Below, one piece after another: positions 1-9,508 of a DNA stretch of 24,000 nucleotides (position 1 is the first letter of the stretch; each line of letters opens with the position of its first letter). The translations under genes and the position numbers were made by a program. Location of the stretch: positions 57,820-81,819 of the forward strand of contig JBOFTS010000008.1 of assembly GCA_051652185.1 (NCBI GenBank), in the 5' to 3' direction. Under the pieces are notes generated by a model that made no database searches, was not told the DNA's origin, and was given only the letters and a program-made list of their open reading frames with translations. The DNA is from Aeromonas sp. (GTDB taxonomy: Bacteria > Pseudomonadota > Gammaproteobacteria > Enterobacterales > Aeromonadaceae).

Positions 1-2
1 CC

Positions 3-260
3 GTGGGCCTTAAAGGTTATGAAGTATTCAAAGCAGAAGAGTTAGATCAAACCGTTCAAGCGTTCTTAGCTCATCCGGGACCTGCACTGCTTGATGTTCA
101 TACCAACCGCTACGAACTCGTATTTCCACCCACCTTAACCGCAGAGCATGTAGTAGGCATGGCGGCCTATAGCGTGAAAGCACTGTTAGCAGGGCGTTAC
201 CGTGACGTCGAGGGCGTAGTTGAGAACACGGTTGATAATTTCAAACACAAGATTTTATAA
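3..260 (+). CDS. poxB: 3' end of a thiamine-diphosphate-dependent pyruvate oxidase / pyruvate dehydrogenase (quinone), PoxB-like; 5' part lies outside the window
   Basis: The open frame runs from the window edge to a stop at 258-260. The tail ...GPALLDVHTNRYELVFPPTLTAEHVVGMAAYSVKALLAGRYRDVEGVV... aligns by pattern with the E. coli PoxB C-terminus as I recall it (P.L.DV....EL..PP.....G..Y...A..GR.D.V). A terminator follows. Confidence 0.55.
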   Translation: MGLKGYEVFKAEELDQTVQAFLAHPGPALLDVHTNRYELVFPPTLTAEHVVGMAAYSVKALLAGRYRDVEGVVENTVDNFKHKIL

Positions 261-282
261 CTCACTCAATAAGCCAATAACA

Positions 283-305
283 ACAGGGCCGCACGGCCCT
301 GTTTT
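283..305 (+). terminator. Rho-independent terminator downstream of the poxB-like gene
   Basis: Inverted repeat acagggcc(g) / (c)ggccctgt at 283-302, followed by tttt at 302-305. Confidence 0.7.
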
Positions 306-435
306 GCTAGTTAACCCCCTAAATGATTAGGCATCCCCATTTTTTTATAATGTTGTGCGCATTTCACACTCTCTTCACGAACGAGGGTGAATAATGGCCC
401 CACTTAAACAGAACAACCCATTAGGAAAACGCCAC

Positions 436-810
436 ATGAAAGCTATCACCGTAACAGCATTGACCATCTTAACCGCTTTAAGCTTGCCTGCTTTTGCCGC
501 ATACAATGGCCCTGAGCACAAAGTCTCTGTCAGCCAAGTGAAATCCCAGCCAGACGACGCTTGGGTCACCATGCAGGGTAAATTGGTCAAGCGTTTAGGT
601 GAAGATAACTTCATGTTCCGCGATGCCACCGGCGAAATGATGGTAGAAGTTGATGACGATGCATGGCGTGGCCAGGATATTTCACCCAACGATACCGTTA
701 AAATTAACGGTGAAGTGGACAAAGAGTGGAATAATATAAAAGTTGATGTGTCATCACTGAGCAAAGTCGGTGGAAGCCCAGTAAGTAAAGGCGGTTTTAA
801 CGCTAAGTAA
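436..810 (+). CDS. ygiW: YgiW/YdeI-family periplasmic OB-fold (BOF) stress protein
   Basis: An internal ATG at 436 gives MKAITVTALTILTALSLPAFA|AYNG, a classic signal peptide. The mature part (VSVSQVKSQPDDAWVTMQGKLVKRLGEDNFMFRDATGEMMVEVDDDAW...VKINGEVDKEW) has the YgiW/BOF pattern. The upstream extension to 394 lacks signal-peptide logic. Confidence 0.8.
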   Translation: MKAITVTALTILTALSLPAFAAYNGPEHKVSVSQVKSQPDDAWVTMQGKLVKRLGEDNFMFRDATGEMMVEVDDDAWRGQDISPNDTVKINGEVDKEWNNIKVDVSSLSKVGGSPVSKGGFNAK

Positions 811-893
811 TCATGTGATGACAGATAACGATAGAGCAACACTGCGAATCCCCTTCGTCACTGTTTATAACATCATCATCGTTATCAAGAATG

Positions 894-920
894 GTCCCTG
901 CTATATAGCGGGGACTTTTT
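894..920 (+). terminator. Rho-independent terminator of ygiW
   Basis: Stem gtccctgct (894-902), loop atat, stem agcggggac (907-915) with one G-U pair, then ttttt (916-920). Confidence 0.75.
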
Positions 921-1093
921 GCATTGAAAATTAATTAAATCCTATGGTCAGTCAGTATTAATTCACTTATCTATAACACCAACAAATTAGCGTAAAAATG
1001 TGCTAACTATTCATTTATAGGCGTGTAACAGTTAGCTAAACTGTGCAAAACACGATCGCAAGCCAACTATTACACGTCTATTTAAATTACTTC

Positions 1094-2836
1094 CTATGAT
1101 CCCTTTAGGTAATTTAGTTCATCTTTATATGATATTGTTGGTTCATATAGCTGGTGGTATCCCTTACCTACAGCCCCTCTAAATTGAATCAAATTAGGCT
1201 TATTATTACCAATGGATAGAATGTGATCTATTGCGATTCCCGGGTATGGATCAATATACACAATATCTTTAATTCCTAATTGATAGGCTTTTTTAGCACA
1301 CAACTCACAAGGGCTAGCTGTAGTAAATAGCTTACCTCCTTCAATACCTGCAGTACCATATTTTGCTAACTGCAGAAAAGCATTTTCTTCAGCATGAAGC
1401 GATCTGGTGTGTACTTGATTACCAGACTTATCTATATTATTCTTAATATCTTTAAAACAGTATGATAAATTTTTACCCTGAGTTCCTTCTTGACCTGATA
1501 TTTTTATTAACTCACCTTTAGCCGCCGTTCTAAACGCTTTATTATTCCGCTCATAAATACTATAAGTAATTTCATCAAAGTCATCAACTAATCCATTTAA
1601 CGACCTCAAATTACATGGCACTTGCCCTTTTGCTACATCATTCCAACCAACAGACTTTATAGAATAATGTTCATCAGTAACAACTGCACCAACTTGGCGA
1701 GAAACACAACCTGAGTTAACTTTTGCTGTATAAGCAATCTGCATAACACGTTCAAGGTTTGTTGGAGATATTATTCCTGGATGTTTTATTAATGCTAAAT
1801 ACCAAGCTAGTTGCGCTTTTAATACATTATTGTTATCAGGTTCATTCCTAGGATTGAATATATGAATATCAGATATCTCAATGCACCTTTTAACATTTTG
1901 ACTGATAAAATCGCCATCTTCAACTTGAGTTTTACCTGATTCTTTTTGTTCGAGTTCATCAAACTCATCTACTGTATATTTATACTCATTTTGTAAATAT
2001 GCCTTACGATCTTCATTTGGAGCATTTATTGACATTAAATAAAATGCTGAATAACGATCTTTAAAGAACTTTACTTCAAAAGGATTTCGAATTGCATCAA
2101 TTACAATAAAGGCTCCACCAGACTTTATTTGCCTAATATACTTTATACATTTATTTATTGTTTCAGGCAAATGAAATACTGACTCCGGTTTGAACGGTTC
2201 GGTATTAAAAGATGATTGAACACATCCTGTTCTACGAATAGAGTTTCCTGCTGCTTGGTAAAGTTTTATATACAGTTTATTATGGAGCGCCCCTAATTCT
2301 TTTTTAAAATCTCTGGTGAATTTCTTGATCAATTTCATATATGAGAAAAATTTTGTTTTTTCTTGATCAGTCAACTCGACGTTACCAGTATGATTTAATA
2401 TTTTATCCGATATTGATTTTAAATAACCTTTTTTCGTAAAGCTAGAATTGAAGCTGCCTTTATTTATTACGTTGTCTATTTTTTCTTTACTAACGTCACA
2501 GGATTGATTTTGTATAAAATTAGATAATTGAGTATCAGAGAGCGTTAATATGTATGCCGAGATTAGATCACTAACCTTAATTGAAATGAAAGGGCTATAA
2601 TTTTCAACAATGTAATTCGATGCAACCTTGTATCTCTTTGAGTCTAAATTAGAAAAAAACAGTTCACTCCCGAGCTTCACATCTTCAACTTGTGGAAAAT
2701 TAGCTGTTTCATTTTCTAGAATGTTTGCTGCTGTAGTACAACCTGAACCTGTTCTTCCGGTCAACCCTATAACAACAAATTTACTGCGCTCATGAAACAG
2801 ACTAGAAATCATTGCATTGTTTTTTGTTTTAGACAA
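1094..2836 (-). CDS. avcD: AvcD-like / 'dCTP deaminase'-type anti-phage protein: P-loop (kinase-like) N-terminal domain fused to a zinc dCMP/dCTP deaminase domain
   Basis: 580-aa ORF. The start is TTG at 2836 with GGAG 7 nt upstream; the first ATG is at 2812. The N-terminus has the Walker-A-like GLTGRTGSGCTT (aa 24-35) and the kinase-like FIVIDAIRNPFE (aa 243-254). The C-terminus has the cytidine/dCMP deaminase zinc signature HAEENA (aa 481-486, nt 1379-1396) and PCELC (aa 509-513, nt 1298-1312). The gene is strongly AT-rich relative to its flanks. Confidence 0.75.
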   Translation of the reverse strand: MSKTKNNAMISSLFHERSKFVVIGLTGRTGSGCTTAANILENETANFPQVEDVKLGSELFFSNLDSKRYKVASNYIVENYSPFISIKVSDLISAYILTLSDTQLSNFIQNQSCDVSKEKIDNVINKGSFNSSFTKKGYLKSISDKILNHTGNVELTDQEKTKFFSYMKLIKKFTRDFKKELGALHNKLYIKLYQAAGNSIRRTGCVQSSFNTEPFKPESVFHLPETINKCIKYIRQIKSGGAFIVIDAIRNPFEVKFFKDRYSAFYLMSINAPNEDRKAYLQNEYKYTVDEFDELEQKESGKTQVEDGDFISQNVKRCIEISDIHIFNPRNEPDNNNVLKAQLAWYLALIKHPGIISPTNLERVMQIAYTAKVNSGCVSRQVGAVVTDEHYSIKSVGWNDVAKGQVPCNLRSLNGLVDDFDEITYSIYERNNKAFRTAAKGELIKISGQEGTQGKNLSYCFKDIKNNIDKSGNQVHTRSLHAEENAFLQLAKYGTAGIEGGKLFTTASPCELCAKKAYQLGIKDIVYIDPYPGIAIDHILSIGNNKPNLIQFRGAVGKGYHQLYEPTISYKDELNYLKGS

Positions 2837-3071
2837 TTGTTAACTCCATAAATATGTAAATACTTGGACTCATAATAGCAATGAGATGAAAAACGGTACT
2901 AATCCAATAGCAGAGCCTTCTGTATAACTCCGCACCGTCACAAAATAATTTATTTCAATATCATAACATTATCAGCCACTGTTGAGTATCTGAACGTGTT
3001 CGTTTGACCACCGCCTTTCGCAACACCATGTTGGATGCTACGACAATCCCCCTACTGAAATATGCCTCTCG

Positions 3072-3098
3072 TGATACTCCTGATACTCTTGATACACC
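3072..3098. repeat. 3 x 9-bp tandem repeat TGATACTCC / TGATACTCT / TGATACACC
   Basis: Read directly at 3072-3080, 3081-3089 and 3090-3098. It is followed at once by the inverted repeat ccgaatt (3098-3104) / aattcgg (3120-3126). Confidence 0.8.
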
Positions 3099-3136
3099 CG
3101 AATTCAACTCACAAGTATCAATTCGGTGACGCCTAA

Positions 3137-3826
3137 TTAGTCCCCGTACAGTTTGATCTCTAATACATTGGCAATGGCGCTGCCATTCCAGTGGTACTCC
3201 AGATGCTGGGATTGGTTAATTTTGGTCACTAGGCAGGGGCGATAGAGCACATAGCAGTTATGGCTGCTGTGGCGCACCGAACGGTAATGGATACCGTCCA
3301 TCCCTTTAGTTTTCTGCTCTTGGGCGAAAGCTTGGGAGTGGCCATAGCTGGTTGCGTGATAAAGCGGGGTTGAAAGAAATTCGGTGCTAGTAATATCCAC
3401 CAGATTGGCGCTGAACTCGGTATACAGCACCCGCATTTGTACTTTTTGCGCAGGTTCGTTGGTATAGCCAAACATCCGTTCTTGGTGATAAACCGTCTCT
3501 TTGATGGCGGTATCAAGCAGAGGGGCACAGTAATAACCGCCAAAATCACCAGTGGTGAAGCGGGCTCCATCTGGATTGATATGGGTGAACGCCGCCATCA
3601 CATAGCTGCTGCCATTTAGCCCCACCAGCCAATCTTCTTTTGGTACCCGCATCAGATCACCTGCGGCTTCATTCAACCGTTCATTGGTCAGCGCCTCGAT
3701 AGCCCAGATGGCTTCCAGTTCATCTGCATTGGCCACATCTTCATAGAGATCGATAGTGGGATAGCGGCTTGGGATGATCCGATAGGCTTGCCCTGCCTTT
3801 AGTTCAATCAGCGGTGACGCTTGCAT
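3137..3826 (-). CDS. RES-domain toxin (NAD+-targeting RES family) of an Xre-RES type II TA pair
   Basis: The ATG at 3824-3826 overlaps the upstream antitoxin stop (3826-3828) as ATGA; an alternative in-frame ATG lies at 3847. The N-terminal ...AYRIIPSRYPTIDLYEDVA... and C-terminal ...GIHYRSVRHSSHNCYVLYRP segments are typical of RES proteins partnered with DUF2384 antitoxins. Confidence 0.8.
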   Translation of the reverse strand: MQASPLIELKAGQAYRIIPSRYPTIDLYEDVANADELEAIWAIEALTNERLNEAAGDLMRVPKEDWLVGLNGSSYVMAAFTHINPDGARFTTGDFGGYYCAPLLDTAIKETVYHQERMFGYTNEPAQKVQMRVLYTEFSANLVDITSTEFLSTPLYHATSYGHSQAFAQEQKTKGMDGIHYRSVRHSSHNCYVLYRPCLVTKINQSQHLEYHWNGSAIANVLEIKLYGD

Positions 3827-4230
3827 CAGGCCATCCCCCCACGCCAAGCATGCAAGCGGGTGGCCACTTCATACAAATCAGCCACATGACCCGCATTCAT
3901 CACGTCCATTGCGCTACGCCCAGCAAAGAAGGGATGGCTGTTAGGTTTGCGCACCCACCCGTAGATGCTGTCATCGGCACTGAACAGTATTCTCAAACAC
4001 TTATGGATGTTGAGGATGTAGCTCATCCGCTCTTGCATATCCACGGTCAGACGGATCCCACCGCTTGATTCCTTATATTTGTTCAATGTTGAACGTGATG
4101 AGATGCCAAGCAGTTTAAGCTGTTCATCTGTATTGCAGTGCCACTTATCTAAGATGCGAAATACCACAGGCAGTGCCTTGCTGGGATCAATGGCGTTATT
4201 TTTTAGGGATTTCTGTACTTTATTGGCCAT
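3826..4230 (-). CDS. Xre/MbcA/ParS-like antitoxin (HTH plus DUF2384 toxin-binding domain)
   Basis: ATG at 4228-4230 is preceded by AGGAGG (complement of 4234-4239). The sequence MANKVQKS...DEQLKLLGISSRSTLNKYKES... is HTH-like. The C-terminus ...HPFFAGRSAMDVMNAGHVADLYEVATRLHAWRGG fits the DUF2384 pattern. The ORF-track extension to 4320 has no SD. Confidence 0.8.
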   Translation of the reverse strand: MANKVQKSLKNNAIDPSKALPVVFRILDKWHCNTDEQLKLLGISSRSTLNKYKESSGGIRLTVDMQERMSYILNIHKCLRILFSADDSIYGWVRKPNSHPFFAGRSAMDVMNAGHVADLYEVATRLHAWRGGMA

Positions 4231-4290
4231 ACATCCTCCTGATGTAGTTAGCGTAAGATAGTCGTATCGCTCAAGAAGGTTCACTTTAAG

Positions 4291-4360
4291 TATGTACACC
4301 CATGTGTAAGGCATGCACAAGGCATGTATATATATATATATTTTACCTAGTCATGTACAA
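4291..4360 (-). promoter_or_regulatory. Putative promoter/operator region of the Xre-RES operon
   Basis: The minus strand reads TTGTAC (4355-4360), then a 16-17 nt spacer, then TATATA inside the TA tract. Downstream are the direct repeats CATGCCTT x2 (plus strand aaggcatg at 4308-4315 and 4319-4326, 11-bp period). TGTACAT palindrome cores sit at about 4292-4298 and 4353-4359. Confidence 0.4.
4327..4340. repeat. (TA)7 dinucleotide tract
   Basis: tatatatatatata read directly at 4327-4340, followed by tttt. Confidence 0.9.
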
Positions 4361-4430
4361 ACTTGAACAAGTATAAGCCTAGATGAGCATAGATGGGTCT
4401 ATTCCTGCGGTGGGCTTAGCTAAAACAAAC

Positions 4431-4455
4431 AAAACCCGGCGCGAGGCCGGGTTTT
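4431..4455. terminator. Bidirectional rho-independent terminator (serves lacZ on the minus strand)
   Basis: aaaacccggc (4431-4440), loop gcgag, gccgggtttt (4446-4455). On the minus strand a T-rich run (ttttgtttgtttt) follows. It lies 55 nt downstream of the lacZ stop. Confidence 0.8.
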
Positions 4456-4509
4456 GTAGAGCGTCCTTATGGGCTGAGGCACCCATGGGATTAGGCTAAG
4501 CCCTGCGGG

Positions 4510-8935
<4,426 letters not shown>

Positions 8936-9065
8936 TACTTGTAACTAGCTCGTAACTAGCTTGTGATTCACAAGCTAAATGTTTGGGCGAACCAAGCGAT
9001 TCCCCCCACTTTTCACGCAGATTACGCCAGCCAAATGGGCTTTACTGTGACCCAGCAAACAGTTG

Positions 9066-9081
9066 GTGTAACCGGTATCAC
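9066..9081. promoter_or_regulatory. GalR/LacI-type operator upstream of lacY-lacZ
   Basis: GTGTAACCGGTATCAC is 12/16 self-complementary. It fits the GalR operator pattern GTGnAAnCGnTTnCAC as recalled. It lies about 130 bp upstream of the lacY start and 40 bp downstream of the CRP-like site. Confidence 0.6.
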
Positions 9082-9102
9082 CGCTGGACGGTTTTAGGTA
9101 TT

Positions 9103-9124
9103 TTTTGTGACCGCCATCACGGAA
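9103..9124. promoter_or_regulatory. CRP (cAMP receptor protein) binding site candidate for the lacYZ promoter
   Basis: tttTGTGAccgccaTCACGgaa has TGTGA-N6-TCAC at the canonical spacing (TGTGA 9106-9110, TCAC 9117-9120). Confidence 0.55.
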
Positions 9125-9363
9125 GTGGGGGTAGTCAGTGGGGACGAGCCTTCAGTAATTGCCTTGCAATGCTCTTGTCATTGCCTTGCAATGGCTCAGC
9201 ACCAAGAAAACGGTACCATCCAGAGCCCATGCGGGTTACCAAGGTGGGATGCGAGTGGAAATAGAAGAGAAAAATGTAAAAGAGAAGCGCGAAAGAAGTG
9301 GCGAATGTAAGCATTCCACACGAGCACCTCTTGCAAGCACTTTTCGCACGTACGCTGCTGCGC

Positions 9364-9397
9364 AAAAAAAATGGAGGGGAATTTGCTCCCCCTCCAT
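9364..9397 (-). terminator. Rho-independent terminator downstream of the alpha-galactosidase gene
   Basis: Plus strand: aaaaaaa(a) at 9364-9371, then the hairpin atggagggg (9371-9379) / cccctccat (9389-9397). On the minus strand this is a hairpin followed by a T8 run, about 110 nt after the stop at 9509. Confidence 0.75.
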
Positions 9398-9508
9398 GTG
9401 AGTCACCCCCGTCAATGGCGATGACAGGTCACAACCCTTTATCGCTACCGGACGTGACTGCCGCCCTTATCACTGGGCGATATGACAAGGTGATATAGCA
9501 AGGCGATC

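Larger units (their letters stand above)
921..4430. other. Accessory islet (defence gene plus TA module) between the ygiW terminator and the lacZ terminator
   Basis: The segment is bounded by two terminators of core genes. It contains an AT-rich deaminase gene and a RES-Xre pair, with no integrase or transposase. Hand-counted G+C of sample 60-nt lines: 1081-1140 = 15/60 and 2101-2160 = 16/60, against 3301-3360 = 31/60 and 5101-5160 (lacZ) = 35/60. Confidence 0.55.

Noticed and set aside
375-842. 155-aa minus-strand ORF overlapping ygiW
   Set aside because: It is entirely antisense to a well-supported signal-peptide/OB-fold gene. It has no recognisable motifs and a Ser/Leu/Thr-rich shadow-ORF composition.
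3089-3099. Shared 11-mer TTGATACACCC between the deaminase/TA spacer (3089-3099) and the galR-galE repeat (13112-13122)
   Set aside because: Many chance 11-mer matches are expected within a 24-kb window when both strands are counted, and there is no extended similarity around the match.
3028-3129. 33-aa plus-strand mini-ORF (MLDATTIPLLKYASRDTPDTLDTPEFNSQVSIR) spanning the 9-bp tandem repeat
   Set aside because: It has no SD, and the repeat-encoded DTP/DTL units look incidental. I keep it only as a remote alternative to the RNA hypothesis for the 2837-3136 spacer.
3229-4261. ORFs 3229-3570 (-), 3437-3619 (+), 3814-4068 (+) and 4079-4261 (+) within the TA module
   Set aside because: They are alternative-frame or antisense to the RES and Xre genes, which are supported by motifs, an SD and ATGA coupling.
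8959-8975. TGTGA-t-TCACA palindrome considered as a CRP site
   Set aside because: CRP needs TGTGA-N6-TCACA, and here the half-sites are separated by 1 nt. A properly spaced site exists at 9103-9124.
8983-9498. Five small ORFs (66-93 aa) in the lacY / alpha-galactosidase spacer
   Set aside because: They are mutually overlapping, lack SD sequences and show no family resemblance. The region is better explained by a terminator (9364-9397), a CRP site, an operator and repeats. A decayed gene remnant cannot be excluded without a database search.
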